Shown here: piece by piece, positions 49,601 through 63,653 of the stretch
How the letters are laid out: every line of letters starts with the position of its first letter
Numbering within the stretch: position 1 is the stretch's first letter
NCBI GenBank assembly: GCA_043228905.1
Contig: JBHGNT010000015.1
Coordinates: 13,020,001-13,084,000, forward strand
From: Azolla caroliniana
Taxonomy: Eukaryota > Plantae > Polypodiophyta
Direction: 5' to 3'
DNA length: 64,000 bases
The notes under the pieces: generated by a model
The model's input: the letters and a program-made list of their open reading frames with translations, nothing else
What the model was told of the DNA's origin: nothing
Database searches by the model: none
Position numbers and translations under genes: made by a program

Positions 49601-50422
49601 TTGGAGATGGCGTCCTCAGGCAACCAAGTGGGAGAGCTCGAAAGGATGATGCTAATCGTCGAGCAAATGATGAGATCTCAGGACAACGATGCAAGCGTGG
49701 AGAAGGCTGTCGATCGTGTCGTAGAGCTCGAGGGCCAATTCGATGGAAGGAACGTTACGAAGTTCCTTGATGCATATAGAAGGGAGATGAATCAAAGGGA
49801 TGTGTCCGAGGCACGTCAAATCGCAAGCTTCAAGAGAGTTGTCGCCAACAACATCCAAAGACGCGTCATCGAGCTTCAAGAAGGTAAGACAACATGGTCC
49901 GAGTTCGAGAAAACGATACTAGCGGAGTTCGTGACTGAAGACTCAACGAGGATGACTCGACATGCCCTGATGAAGTGGATAGAGAAGAAGAATAAGAAGA
50001 TGAGCATCTCGAGGGTGTACGACGAATTCGACCAGATGTTTAGTCGTCTCCCCAATACGGACCAAGTTATGCTTGAAGAGGACAAGACTTTGTACTTCTT
50101 GAAGGCTGTGGACATAAAGGATAGACGGGAGTTGGGGACTCTTCTCGAAGATGATACCCAAGCAAATGGGCTCGTAGCGGACTGGATCGCGGTGAAGCGT
50201 TCATGCAATAGGCTCGACAAGCGTCGCCAATGGGTTGATGACACCGACTTGACGGGACCGACTACCACAGAGAAAGCAAGACCGCCGAAAGTAGCTGAGC
50301 CGCCAAGACAAAGTAACGTGGAAGAAAAGAAGATTGATGACGACATCATTGAAGAGCTAGCGAAGAAGTTCGAGAAGGAGAGTGCGTGGATTGCAAGGAG
50401 AAGCGACATGTGTCACACCTAG
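49601..50422 (+). CDS. gag: Gypsy-D Gag (C-terminus probably deleted)
   Basis: FDGRNVTKFL..TWSEFEK gag-like motifs directly after the PBS. Confidence 0.78.
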   Translation: MEMASSGNQVGELERMMLIVEQMMRSQDNDASVEKAVDRVVELEGQFDGRNVTKFLDAYRREMNQRDVSEARQIASFKRVVANNIQRRVIELQEGKTTWSEFEKTILAEFVTEDSTRMTRHALMKWIEKKNKKMSISRVYDEFDQMFSRLPNTDQVMLEEDKTLYFLKAVDIKDRRELGTLLEDDTQANGLVADWIAVKRSCNRLDKRRQWVDDTDLTGPTTTEKARPPKVAEPPRQSNVEEKKIDDDIIEELAKKFEKESAWIARRSDMCHT

Positions 50423-53400
50423 TGGCGCATGTAAACTAGTACTACCCGACAAGAAGCACAAGCGCCGGATACAAGAATTCGAGAAGATGCTGAAAGAAGA
50501 GAATATAATAGAAGAAGGAGAGTTCGTGACTCATATTATGGAAGAAGCCTCATTTAACGACACCATCGGCGAAATCGAGGACGTCGTGGACTTGAGCTAT
50601 CTTCACAACCAACGTGTGATTTCGGTTAACTCCGTCAACATGTACGCTATCATCGATGAATACCGTCGTGGCATCTCGATGAAGGAAGCTGACATCAGCA
50701 CGAAATATAAAACGGTGGATAAGAAGATCAAGCCAGTTGCGGTTCCGCTACCGGAAGATAGCTGGGAAAAGATGAAGGAAGTCGCTAACGATCCAAGCTT
50801 AAGAGATCCGAAGAAGATAGGTCATGACTTCACCAAAGAGACGAAGGGGAAGCTACGAGTTGGAAAGGAGGATTTCCTTCTCCTTGAAGAGGAGCGAATG
50901 TTTCGCGATATGCTTGAGAGACATGGGAAGCCTTTCGCATTCTTCCCACGAGAAATCGGATGCGCCGACCCAAAGGTTATAGAGCCAATGGTGATCTTCA
51001 CGGTGCCTCATGTGCCTTGGAATTTGAAACCGATACCAGTTCCGAGAGCACACCTTCCGAAGCTGATCGAGCTCTTAAAGGAGAAGGTGAGTATGGGAAT
51101 TCTAGAACCGTCGAATGCTCCTTATTCCAATAGGTGGTTCACGGTGCCGAAGAAGAATGGATCATTGCGATTCATCCAAGATCTTCAACCCATCAACAAG
51201 GTGACAATTCGAAATGCCGGAATCGGTCCGAGCGTGGACGAATTTGCCGAAGCGTTTGCGGGCCGGTCCATCTACTCCATTGGCGATCTCTACTCCGGAT
51301 ATGACCAATTCCAGTTGGCGATCGACAGTCGGGACATTACAACCATGAGGACTCCGATCGGGCTTGTGCGGATGTGTACCTTACCCCAAGGCGCAACGAA
51401 CTCGGTGGCTCATATGGTGAATGCCATGAATAAAGTCTTGAAGGATTGCATTCCGGACATCACGATGCCATTCTTGGATGATATTCCGATAAAAGGATGT
51501 TTGGATGAGGAGAAAGATGAATGGAAAGATAAGGAAGGTTGTAGAAAGTTCGTTGCGGATCATATGAAAGATTGCGAGAAGGTGCTTCAAAGGCTCGAAG
51601 ATGCGAATTTGACATTTTCGGGAGAAAAATCCGCATTCGGGCAATCGGAGATCTTGGTGGTAGGTCACTTGTGTGGAGCATACGGCCGGAAGCCCTCGCC
51701 ATCCAAAGTGAACGCAATCCAAGACATGAAAGAAGAATGCGAAAACCAAACGGAGGTTCGAAGGTTCCTTGGAGCGTGCGCGTTTTATCATATATGGATC
51801 CCTCACTACGCTCATGTCGCCGAACCGTTATATGGACTACTAAAGAAAAGAATAAAGTTTGAATGGCGAGACGAGCACACAGAGGCGGTGCGAAGATTAA
51901 AGAAACTGCTTCTTGAAGCTCCGGCACTAAGGAAGGCCGACTATGCCGAAGGGAAACCAATTTACGTGACCGTAGATACGAGCCCAACCGGAATCGGGTG
52001 GGTCATCAATCAAGAAGGTGAAGATAATGCGCGATATGCCGTCCGGTTCGGAGCAAAGGTTCTCAACGAACGGCAACAAAGATATGCCCAAGTCAAGCGG
52101 GAACTTTGGGGTATTGTGTCGGCAGTGAAGACGGACAAAGATTACCTGATCGGGTCAAAAGTGATAATAGAGACAGATTGTCTCCCAATTCTCGGAATGG
52201 TCTTGGGATGTGCGACCCCAGATCTTGCTATGCTAAGGTGGATCGCCTACATCAAGTCTTTAAACCCAGAGATCCGTCACATCGCAGGGAAGAAGAACGC
52301 CATGGCTGACATGCTGTCGAGGGCAAGATTTTCAAATGGAAGTAACATGGTTTCGGAAGATGAAGATGTCGCCCTCAACTTCTTCAAGATGGCTCGATTG
52401 TCGGAAGAAGACCAGGACACACAAAGCATCCACGCCTTCAACGAGAACGAGTACGAAGGAGAATGGTTACTCATCGATAGATTCCTAAGAACATTGACGA
52501 CAAATGCTTCGTTGACAAAGGAGGAGGCCCTACGAATCCGAAAGAAAGCTTATCGATACTTCTTGAAGGGAGGATTCCTTTGGCGACATCCAAAAAGAAG
52601 GACAGGAATACCACGTCGAGTGGTGGTAAAGAAAGAAGAGTAAGAGACGCTGATGACCGAATTCCACGAGAGTGCTTGGGCAGGTCATAGAGGAACATGG
52701 GCGACGTTCGAAAAATTGAAGGAGAAGTACTGGTGGCCAAGCAAGTACAAAGATGTACTCCATTTCGTGTCCACATGTGAAACTTGCCAAATATATTCAA
52801 ATATACGTCATCGTGATGAGCTAAAGCCGACATACCCACTCACCATTCACTTCAAATGGATGGTGGATCTGGTCTCGATGCCAATGGGAGTGGGACAAAT
52901 GAAGTACTTAGCGCTCGCAAGGGAAGACTTGACAAATCAAGTGGAAGGACGAGCCTTGACAAATAAGACGACTTGAGCCGTTTGTAAATTTTTACTTGAA
53001 GATGTTGTTTGCCGATATGGATGTGTAGGGAAGATAGTGGCCGACCAAGGCGAGTTGGACGCGCACGAAGTGACGGAGCTCTTCGAAAGACTAGGCGTGA
53101 AGCTCTCCCTCACGACTGCCTACAATCCGGAAGCAAATGGGAAGATCGAGCGAGGGCATGGACCTATCGTTAAAGCCATCGTACGGGCATGCAACGGTCG
53201 AGTCGGGAATTGGCCACGACTATTACCCTATGCCTTGTGGGCCGATAGAACGACACATAGCTCGGTGACAGGGTATATGCCGACGGAGCTTATGTATGGA
53301 CAAAAGCCGATTATGCCCATCGAAAGGACGATCGCCTCATGGGTAGGGATACCGTGGGAGAACGAGATAAGCCGAGAAGAGTTATTAGCGGCGCAGATAA

Positions 53401-53801
53401 GGCAACTTGAAAGAAGACCTGAAGATTTAGAAAAAGCGTGAAAGATGATGAAGGCAGCCCGAGTAAAGAACAAAGTTCGGTTCGACAACACACATCGACT
53501 TCATCCCAAGAAGATTGAAGAAGGGGAATGGGTTTTGGTTTACGACAGCACCCTTGACAATCAACATAGTACAACAAGGAAGTTCGCAAGAAGATGGTTC
53601 GGGTCGTATGTGGTGACAAGTGCCAACGATAATGCCACATACCACCTTGCGGAACTAGACGGATCAAGGTTGGTCGTACCCATTGCGGGAAAAAGAGTAA
53701 AGCTTTTCAAGAAAAGACAAGACAAGGATCCTGACCTCGATTACCTCGACGATGAACATAATAGGCTGGATGAAAATGAAGACATGGAGGAATCTAATTG
53801 A
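50382..53801 (+). pseudogene. pol: Gypsy-D pol (RT, RNase H, integrase) with in-frame stops; no protease motif seen
   Basis: DLQPINK, LPQGATNS, PFLDD, VDTSPTGIG, HESAWAGH..C..C, YNPEANGKIERGH, RWFGSY. Confidence 0.9.
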
Positions 53802-54972
53802 TCATCGTAGACGAAATCTCACTTCTTCTCTTCTTGGCACGTACCGGAGGACGTGCGGTTTGGTGGGGGTGGATGTCGTGAAGATTTTCGGCAATAGTGT
53901 GAAAATCCCACAAAACGTACGAAATCGAGTATGAATCACATAATACAATAATTGTGAAGATAACATTTTTAATATCTAAGTACAAAATGATGGAGGGATG
54001 TCGTGAAGATTTTCGGCAATAGTGTGAAAATCCCATAAAACGTACGAAATCGAGTATGAATCACGTAGTACAATAATTGTGAAGATAACATTTTAAATAG
54101 ATTTAATATCTAAGTACAAAATGATGGAGGTTTCGAATGCACTTTATTACACGAGAAACAGACAACTAAATGTCAAGATATGAGGGTATAAAGTTTGTAA
54201 AAGGAAAGGAGAAAATTGTGAGATATCCCACATAGGCACGACAAATACAGCTCTCATCATATATAAGGTGGAGCAAAAGATATTATCTTTGTGTCTATGT
54301 GTGGAGCATAGAGAGTTCAAGGTAACTTGAACTAAGAGTGGAGGTGGGCTAGCTACTCTTAAAGGGTTTTGGCCAACCAAAACCAGACCGGCGATGGAGC
54401 TGATGATCCGGCGGCATCTGACGGCAATCCGGCGGCATCCGGCATCCGGCAACGGGGACTAGATAAATAAATATATAAATATATATACATATTTACATAT
54501 ACAAGGAGGGCAAGTAAGGATTTGAACCTTGCACCTCCAAGTTAGGAGTCAAATGGCTTACCATTAAGCCATGCTATTTAGTTGAAATTATATTTCTATC
54601 ATTGTACTTTTACATGTAAATTCTCATACATGAGAACTAAAATGAGTGACATGGTTATCATGCACCACATGTAATACATAAGCGCCAAATGGCAAACATG
54701 CAATTTATGCATGTCTTGTACCCTCACATGCATCATATGCATGAGAGCATCTATAAAAGAGGGAAGGGGGAGGAGAAAAAACACGGTTTTTTTTATGAAA
54801 ATTAAGAGGAAGAAATTTGTTATCAAATTGATCGTGTAATCTCAACTTCTCTCTTTCCCAATCTATCTTAAGTACTTTCTCGCCAAAGCTTGTATCGACT
54901 CTAAATCCTTCTGGTCCAGAACCCCGGCGGTTCCGCCTCACGATCCGCGTGTAGTGACGGATCTTCACGACA

Positions 54973-57124
54973 CCGTAAGTTTATAAAGGATTACTCAAAG
55001 CTCGTTTTGCCTCTTACACAACTTACTAGGAAGGGACAATCGTTCGTTTGGTCTGAAGAAGCGGACATGGCTTTTGAGAATCTTAAACAGGCATTTACAT
55101 CGGCTCCGATTCTAGCTCACGTTGATCCAGAAAAACCATTTATCATGGAAGCGGACGCATCGGATTTTGCATTGGGAAGCATTCTATCACAACGAGGTAA
55201 TGATGAAAAGCTACATCCTGTGGCTTTTCACTCACGCAAGTTTGACGCCGCCGAAATCAACTACGAAATTCATGATAAAGAGCTATTGGCTATAGTGCAC
55301 TCTTTTATGCAATGGAGGCATTTTCTAGAGGGATCTTCTCATCAAGTCACTGTATTCAATGACCACAAAAACCTCGCCTATTTTCAAGACGCTCGTGTGT
55401 TAAATCGACGTCAAGCTCGGTGGGCCCATTTTCTCACGCGTTTCGACTTCAAGATTACATATCGACCTGGGAAACATCAAGGGAAAGCAGATGCATTATC
55501 ACGGTGTTCGTGCCTAGCACCGCGTCCCGGCGAGCCAGCTTTCGATAACCAAAAGCAAGTAATCTTGGGACCGGCACGACTGCAAGCAACACAGGTCTTT
55601 GGCATGCCCATGGATTCCCACGTTATCGATATCATACGTGCGGACCTGAAGACAGATGCTTTCGCCCAAGCTATACTAGCACAAATTGACCCCTCTCGAG
55701 CGTCGTGTTCACAGTCGCAACCACCAGGTGCAGACTATCGGCAATTCAAATACCATGATGGATTACTCTTCTTTAAAGAACTTTTGTATGTTCCTATTGG
55801 TTCTTCCCGCCTTCAAGTAGTACAAAATTGTCATGACACATATACAACTGGGCATTTTGGTAGTACTAAAACATTAGATTTAGTACAACGATCATTCTGG
55901 TGGCCCCGTATGCGACAATTTGTTGAAGATTTTGTTCGGACTTGTGACACATGCTACAGAGCGAAAATACCAAGGCATCATCCATATGGTTTATTAGAAC
56001 CATTACCAATTCCAAGCAAGCCGTGGCAATCCATTGCTCTAGACTTCATCACAGATCTTCCAGTCTCTAAGGGGTTCAATGCGATTCTAACAGTGGTAGA
56101 TCGATATACGAAGATGGCTCATTTTTTTCCATGTACTAAGGAAATCACCAGTGAAGACACCGCCGAAATTGTCATGCGTGAAGTATGTCGGCATCATGGA
56201 CTTCCCGATAGTATCGTCAGCGACCGTGGACCCCAATTCGTGTCAAAATTCTGGAAGCACCTTTTTAAAATGCTCAAGGTCACTTGTAACCTCTCCTCCG
56301 GCTACCACCCACAAACCGACGGCCAAGCTGAACGAACAAATCAAACGTTGGAGCAGTACCTGTGGTGCTTTCTCAGCTATCATCAGGATGACTGGGCAGA
56401 TATTCTCCACTTCGCCGAATTTGCCTATAATAACTCTATCCACGCATCGACTAAAGTTATGCCATTTTATGCTTATACAGGATGTCACCCCCGGTGGTGT
56501 GTACTTGAAACCCCAGAGGTGTCCACAAATCCTTGCGCGGAGGATCGTTTGGAGCGATTACGCAAGATACAAGCAGATTTATCTACTCATCTCCAACAAG
56601 CTCAGCAAACACACAAGGTTTATGTGGATCGTCATCGACTCCCATCCAGTTTTAACATTGGATATCGGGTATGGCTACTCCGACGACACATCAAGACTAC
56701 TCGCCCATGCGAGAAGTTGGATTATCGGCGATTAGGTCCTTTCCGTATCATAGGAAAGATTAATGATGTCGCTTTTCGTCTCGATCTACCTCCACAACTT
56801 CGGATACATCCGGTGTTTCATAGTTCTCTCCTTGAACCCTATCAAGAGAGCACCATCCCAGGACGTATTACACAACCTCCACCCCCGATTGAGCTTGAAG
56901 ATGGACCTGAGTACGAGGTTGCTGCCATCCTTGATTCCAAGATTGTTCGCAACAAGCTCTACTATCTAGTCGATTGGCTAGGATATAGTCCCAGTGAGCG
57001 TACTTGGGAACCGATAAAGAATGTCACCAATGCTCGTGCACTTCTTGAAGTCTTTCATCATCAATATCCAGACAAACCGGGTCCTCGTTACACTCGTCGT
57101 TTTAAAGGGGAGATAGTGTCATGA
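54973..57124 (+). CDS. pol: Gypsy-C Pol, 3' part (RNase H, integrase, chromodomain)
   Basis: EADASDFALG, HHCC zinc finger, LDFITDLP, SDRGPQF, GPF, EYEVAAILDS..YLVDWLGY..TWEP. Confidence 0.95.
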
Positions 57125-57724
57125 TATGGCAAGACTCGAACCCATGACCTAATGCTACATGGGTCGAGCTCTTGACCATCAGACTATACATTGTAATACG
57201 TAGAATATTATTTTCATCTATGTTTTATTATAGAAAATTGATGTATATTCCAGATTTCTCTGGAACATTCTAGAAACATCAGGAGTATTCCTTAGAACAC
57301 TATAAAAGGAGGCACGAGGCATTATTTCGAACCAAACCGGTTCAACGCCGGTCTTTAGCCTCCTAGCTACTACTCTACATTCTCTTCACATAATATATAT
57401 CTTTTCTTATCATCTCTCTCTCTCTCTCGATCGATCTCTCTCTCTCTCCCTCTCACTCACTCTTTCCTTCTCTCGAGAGTTCTTCACCTCTCTTAGTACT
57501 AATACTTCTTTTAGTACTAATTCCTTCTCTGTCTTAGTACTGTTCCTGACACTAGCAGGCGATTAGTGGTGAAGTGAAAATATCAATCATGCATTCAGAG
57601 TACATGGTAGTCCTATATTCAAAAATCTATTTTAGGCAGGGCTATTCAAACTAGAAAATATATATCGTAATAAGTAAACAGGGTTATATATTCTTTTAAA
57701 GAGGAGGTATGACTTATATTGATT

Positions 57725-58972
57725 CCAGACCTATATTGAGGAGAATTTGCTATCATAAAGGTAATTTGTGGGTTATTTTCTACTATTTTAAGCTATAGTA
57801 GGTCATAAAACACCTATAATTAGAGCATGTTTTTTTTTAAAAGTAAGGCAAGTCAACATAAAAAAGACTGATTTTGATAGACAATTTGATATCTTTTCCA
57901 CAGAATAATTAATTGTTGCCCCAAAAACACAATTTTTCTCTTTAAGGCTCTTCTTTTATACAGGAACTCGATACGGCGTATCGAGTTCCTGTTTAAAAAG
58001 CAAAGAAAACACAGGAACTTGATACGGCGTATCGAGTTCATGTTTAAAACCTAAACTTTAAACGGGAACTCGATACGCCCTATCGAGTTCCTGTGTTTTC
58101 TTTGCTTTTTAAACAGGAACTTGATACGTCGTATCGAGTTCCAGACCTATATTGAGGAGAATTTGCTATCATAAAGGTAATTTGTGGGTTATTTTCTACT
58201 ATTTTAAGCTATAGTAGGTCATAAAACACCTATAATTAGAGCATGTTTTTTTTTAAAAGTAAGGCAAGTCAACATAAAAAAGACTGATTTTGATAGACAA
58301 TTTGATATCTTTTCCACAGAATAATTAATTGTTGCCCCAAAAACACAATTTTTCTCTTTCAGGGCCTTCTTTTATACAGGAACTGGATACGACGTATTGA
58401 GTTCCTGTTTAAAAAGCAAAGAAAACACAGGAACTTGATACGGCGTATCGAGTTCATGTTTAAAACCTAAACTTTAAACGGGAACTCGATACGCCCTATC
58501 GAGTTCCTGTGTTTTCATTGCTTTTTAAACAGGAACTTGATACGTCGTATCGAGTTCCAGACCTATATTGAGGAGAATTTGCTATCATAAAGGTAATTTG
58601 TGGGTTATTTTCTACTATTTTAAGCTATAGTAGGTCATAAAACACCTATAATTAGAGCATGTTTTTTTTTAAAAGTAAGGCAAGTCAACATAAAAAAGAC
58701 TGATTTTGATAGACAATTTGATATCTTTTCCACAGAATAATTAATTGTTGCCCCAAAAACACAATTTTTCTCTTTCAGGGCCTTCTTTTATACAGGAACT
58801 GGATACGACGTATTGAGTTCCTGTTTAAAAAGCAAAGAAAACACAGGAACTTGATACGGCGTATCGAGTTCATGTTTAAAACCTAAACTTTAAACGGGAA
58901 CTCGATACGCCCTATTGAGTTCCTGTGTTTTCTTTGCTTTTTAAACAGGAACTTGATACGCCGTATCGAGTT
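57725..58972. repeat. 416-bp tandem triplication in intron 1 of copy 2
   Basis: ccagacctatattgaggag starts at 57725, 58141 and 58557. Confidence 0.93.
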
Positions 58973-59231
58973 CCTGTTTAAAACCTAAACTTTAAACAGG
59001 AACTCAATACGCCGTATCGAGTTCCTGTGTTTTCCTAAACTTTAAACGGGAACTCGATACGCCGTATCGAGTTACTGTATAAAACCTACACTTTAAACAG
59101 GAACTCGATACGGCGTATCGAGTTCCTGTTTAAAAAGCAAAAAAGAAAATAGGAACTCGATACGTCGTATTGAGTTCCTGTATAAAGTTTGTATTTTATA
59201 CAGTAACTCGATACGCCGTATCGAATTCTTG
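57961..59231. repeat. 31-bp palindrome array, copy 2
   Basis: Same caggaactcgatacg(g/c)cgtatcgagttcctg unit, ~17 copies in three clusters. Confidence 0.92.
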
Positions 59232-60103
59232 AGCGACAAAACATATTTACAAAAATGTCCACAGTGTTAGAGGCCTACCTGGAGTCCTCGCGCTCGATTC
59301 TCTTTAAAGACATGGTTGATCGTGTGGAAGTGGAGGCGGAGATCGCGCTTTCGTGCTTCGTGCTCTGTGTGCTTTGTGTGCTCTATGTGCTCTGTACGCT
59401 TTGTGTGCTCTTCTATGCTCTTGTGTGCTCTTGTGAGTGAAATATGACAAGGTCTTCCTATTTATAGGGATTGACCACATTGGTTAAAGTAACCATAGTC
59501 ACCTTAACCAAGGTTGGTAAGTTTGAGGATAGTTAGTTGGTAACCACAGTCACATTAACTAGAGTAACTTATGATTGCATTAATGATTACAAAGTCAAAC
59601 TAACATATTGATCAATCTTTTATAGTCATAACAACCTGCAATGACTTCAAAGGTCATGAAGGAGTCAATGATAGAGGTTCATGAATGTACCAATGATTGA
59701 TTACTAAAAGCAAAAAAATTTGTGACTCTCAAATGCTGTGTATTAAAGATGTGGGCATGAATTAACCAATGATTGATAAGTCTAATATTTAAAATGGTGA
59801 GCCTTAAAGAACCAATGAGTGAGAGGTTCTATATGATTAGATTTATATTATACTTGATTTAACTTCATATATCTATGTAGTTTAAATAATTATTGATATT
59901 TTAAATACAATTACTATATTAAAAATAAATTTTTTATGTATTGTATTAATATAATATTAAATAATATAGACATTCTATTGATTTGGCTTTTGTTTAGAGA
60001 GAAGTTTATGTTTAGAGAGGAGTATATGTTTAGAGAGGAGCTTATTAGTTTTTTGCCTTACCCTAAGCACATAACTTACAGAGCCCTATCTAGACCTTAA
60101 GCC

Positions 60104-63100
60104 ATGAGTGAAGATTCACCGTTCTCAATTGAAGAATATTGTTTGTCATCAGACTCATCGTTTTCTACTGAAGAGTATTCTTTGTCGACAGACTCACCAT
60201 ATTCTATTGAAGAATATTGTCTGTCGACAGACTCACCATATTCTATTGAAGAATATTGTCTCAGCTCATCTTCACCTACAGGGAATGTAAATAATGACAC
60301 ATGTGAAGAGTTCTCTATTGAAGAATACGATATTAATAAAGATACGGAGATTGAAGGTAGTGCCAAGGAAACATTGAATAACATTGGCGATGGTCACAAC
60401 AAAGAATTAGATTGTAATAAGGTTACACCAACCTCTATGCAGGAAGAGAAATCTGGGAGCCCTATGCATATTAGAAGAATCCCACGAAGAATTCGTCTGG
60501 CTAGATTTAGCTTGGTGACATCAGATAAACAGATTGGATTTGATGTCAAAAAAATATGTTGTGCCCGTGGTTGTATGTCTATGATTGGAAAATCAAAGTT
60601 GTGAGAATTAAGGCGATACTATTTTTCGATGACCGGTGATGAGCAAGATACTTACCTCGGGTCACATATGCAACTAGTATCTGACAAATGTACGGGGATC
60701 AAAGTATCATTCGAGTATTATATCTGTCAGGAATAGTACTAAACAGAGATAGGATTAGTACTAAACAGAGAGAGAATTAGTACTAGAGAAGGGAAGTACT
60801 ATTAAAACTAAGGGGACGGGACTGCGTAAGACTCCCGAGAGAGAAAGAGAGAAGAGGAGAGATAGCGAGGACGAGAGAGGATGACAACAGATTATATATT
60901 ATAAGAAGAGTAAGTACAAAAGGGCTATGAGGCTAAAGACTGGCGTTGAACCAATTTTGTTCAACATAATGCCTAGTGCCCTCTTTTATAGTGTTCTCAG
61001 GAGTAATCCTGAAGCTTCTAGAATGTTCCAGAGAAATTTGGAATATACATTAATTTCCTATAATAAAATATAAATGAAAATAATATCCTACGTATTACAA
61101 TAGATGATATAATGGTCAAGAGCTCGACCCATATAACCTAAGGTCATGGGTTTGAGTCTTGCCATATCATGACAATATCTTCCATGCGCAACAGATATGT
61201 AGAGTTGCATTCAAAATTGCGTTATGTGTTAGTAACATGCGGCTACATAGAGTACAACAACGTCTACTTAGCGGGGATCAGATGCTCAATTCTAAAGAGG
61301 TTCCAAGTAAGAAAGGTGCAATTGGAAGACATGCTATTGGTTGGATGAAAAGTTACTTTCAGTTAAATTGTGAAGTAATGCCCACTACAGGTAGGATGCA
61401 CCTTTCTGATAATTACACACGTCGGGAAGTTTATGATGTCTATCGATCTGATATGGTGGGCTCATGTAATAGGTCAGTCACATATAGCCAATTCACAAGA
61501 TTATGGAGAGCTTGGTTTTCAAATGTTATCATTCCACGTAAAGTACGCATGGGGTATTGCTCCATTTGTGCAAATCTTAAAAGTTTGGCTAAAGGTGCAA
61601 AGACATCAATGGAAAAGGATATGAGTAAGAAGTTACTACAAGAGCATCGTGAGGCACAATCGTTAGAACGAAAGAAGGTGATGCATCATAGAGAGAAGTG
61701 TTTGAAGAGGCCCGAACAATACATGTGCTTAATGATAGATGGCATGAACCAGAAGAAGACGTGCTTGCCGCATATACAGAGGCTCCCCAAAGATGTCAAT
61801 GATGAGTGCGTTGTTCAAATGCACTTGGTGGGATGCTTGGCTTATAATAGGTCTGTTGGACCTCACGTCTTCATTACATACCCCAATGTTCACAATGACC
61901 CTAACCTAACAATTACAGTGATTCACCGAGTTTTGATGTCTTGGGGCCAACCTTTCCCACCTGTTCTATACATTCAATTAAAAATTCAACTATGTTTGGT
62001 TATCTAAGTATGTTGGTCAACCAAGAATTGTTTAGGAAAGTGAAAGTCAATTTTCTTTTGGTTGGCCACACATATGACCATATAGATAAGATGTTTAGCA
62101 CATTCTCCAGACAGTTGTCTCGGCATGATGCTTTCACTTTACCTAAACTATTTGATGTCATTTGTGATGCATATACACCACGCCCAAAAGTGTTACACTT
62201 GAAGGAGGTATATGACTTTAAGAGATATATATCAGATGGGGGTGTTGGGAATGTTAAAGTGCTTGCCCAGTTAAACAATATAAGCTTCAATCACATTTTT
62301 ATGATAAAAAAAAATGAAATAAGTGGTTCTACACTTTTGTATGCTAAACAATATTCATCTTCTACAACATGGGAACCTGAAGGTGGTTGCCAGTTATTAC
62401 TTTGTATGCCGAGTACAATTGTCCATGGAGCTAAGCATATGCCAATTGAGAAGAAAGGACAGTTGCAGAGTGACTTGGTATCGAAACAAAAACGGTTATG
62501 GCTCCAAGCCTTAGAAGAAAAAAGAAAGCATATTGAGGCTGCCAAGAAATATGCCGCAGAACAAGACACGTCATGGTGGGACGTATTTTATAGTGATCAG
62601 AAAGGAATTATAGACAATTGTGTATTTGGTGATAATTGGAATTTGGAAACGCCATTCACATGGTCGCTGCAACATGATCATGTAAATAGAACTCCAGAGC
62701 AACCAACAAATGCGATTAATGACAGTTTGGTCCATCCACAACAAAGAGACATTTATGTGGGACCAAGGATGACCAAAGCAGCCGAAGCTAGATGGCAAGG
62801 AAATTTGCAAGACCTCACGGCAGGGATGTTGATTGCAACACCGGCTAATGAGAACTCACATGGCCACCAATTTTGGGTTGGTAAAATTCTAGAAGTGCTA
62901 ATGCATGAAATAGAAAACACGATCAAATCTATAAACGTTCATTGATACAACACTAGAAGTGCAAATGCTTTTACAGGTAAGTATACATTGGAGATGATTG
63001 AATGCCCAACAAGAAAGGGAGGTAGGAAGAGGAAGCGAAACATTCGTAACACCTCGACCCTTGATATCTCTGATGTGGATATCATCGTGTACGACTTCAC

Positions 63101-63323
63101 ACTTACAAAAGCCGAACGATTAAGGAAGTCAACAATAGATATAATAAAAGAAAAATTACCAGGTCTACAAGGTGGCTCGAGTCAAAGGCAAACGAGATCT
63201 GCTACATATAATCTAGAGTCAAACCATTTGGTTTATGACGAAGATAATGCATTGATTGGTACATCCGAGGATGATGAGGAGGAATCTTCACTGTATATTA
63301 GTTATAGTAATGATTCTCCGTAA
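60104..63323 (+). pseudogene. Sola-like DDD transposase, copy 2 (stop at 60602, solo LTR insertion, ~22-bp deletion removing DNTAREN, TGA at 62943)
   Basis: Colinear with 19624-22411. Confidence 0.82.
60725..61174 (-). mobile_element. Solo LTR of the Gypsy-B/C chromovirus family
   Basis: tgtcag...atgaca, homologous to 36952-37376; perfect 5-bp TSD atatc. Confidence 0.96.
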
Positions 63324-63653
63324 AGGAGTGATCATGAATGTATATTTGCCTATTAAGTGTAACTACATTCCGCTTCTAACAAATCGAGTAATATAAAAGC
63401 ATGTGTTTTGAATTCTTATGATTTCTAAAAAATCGTCTTATAAAATAACATTGGTTGTAAAGTTTGTGATATAAATTGAGAATGTAACTTTTTCAAATTC
63501 GTCTTTATTTAGTTGCTTCAAAATCACGAAAATAGTGGATTTTTCACCTTTTTCATAATATGTTTGAACATGTATGATACTGGTAACAATGTGTTTTGTA
63601 AAATCATTGAAAAAGCCCTAAAATCAACCAAAATTTCCCTTATCCTTCCATTT

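Larger units (their letters stand above)
48451..54972 (+). mobile_element. Non-chromoviral Ty3/Gypsy (Gypsy-D) nested in Gypsy-C RT
   Basis: LTRs 48451-49539 and 53874-54972; 4-bp TSD tcgt/ccgt; PBS tggtgaacccgacatgaa matching tRNA-Trp at 49548; PPT tggtgggggtgga. Confidence 0.95.
45355..57551 (+). mobile_element. Ty3/Gypsy chromovirus (Gypsy-C, Tcn1/Tf1-like) inserted in intron 1 of the ParB-MTase gene
   Basis: LTRs 45355-45787 and 57117-57551; TSD ctagc; PPT aaaggggagatag; group-I chromodomain; no tRNA PBS. Confidence 0.97.
37437..59313 (-). pseudogene. ParB-MTase gene, copy 2 (exon 1 59313-59279; exon 2 from 45252, split by Copia-3; last two exons deleted)
   Basis: Same splice sites as copy 1; DIPY retained at ~37575-37586; ~890-bp deletion at ~37437 removes the FxGxG-containing exons. 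Confidence 0.82.
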
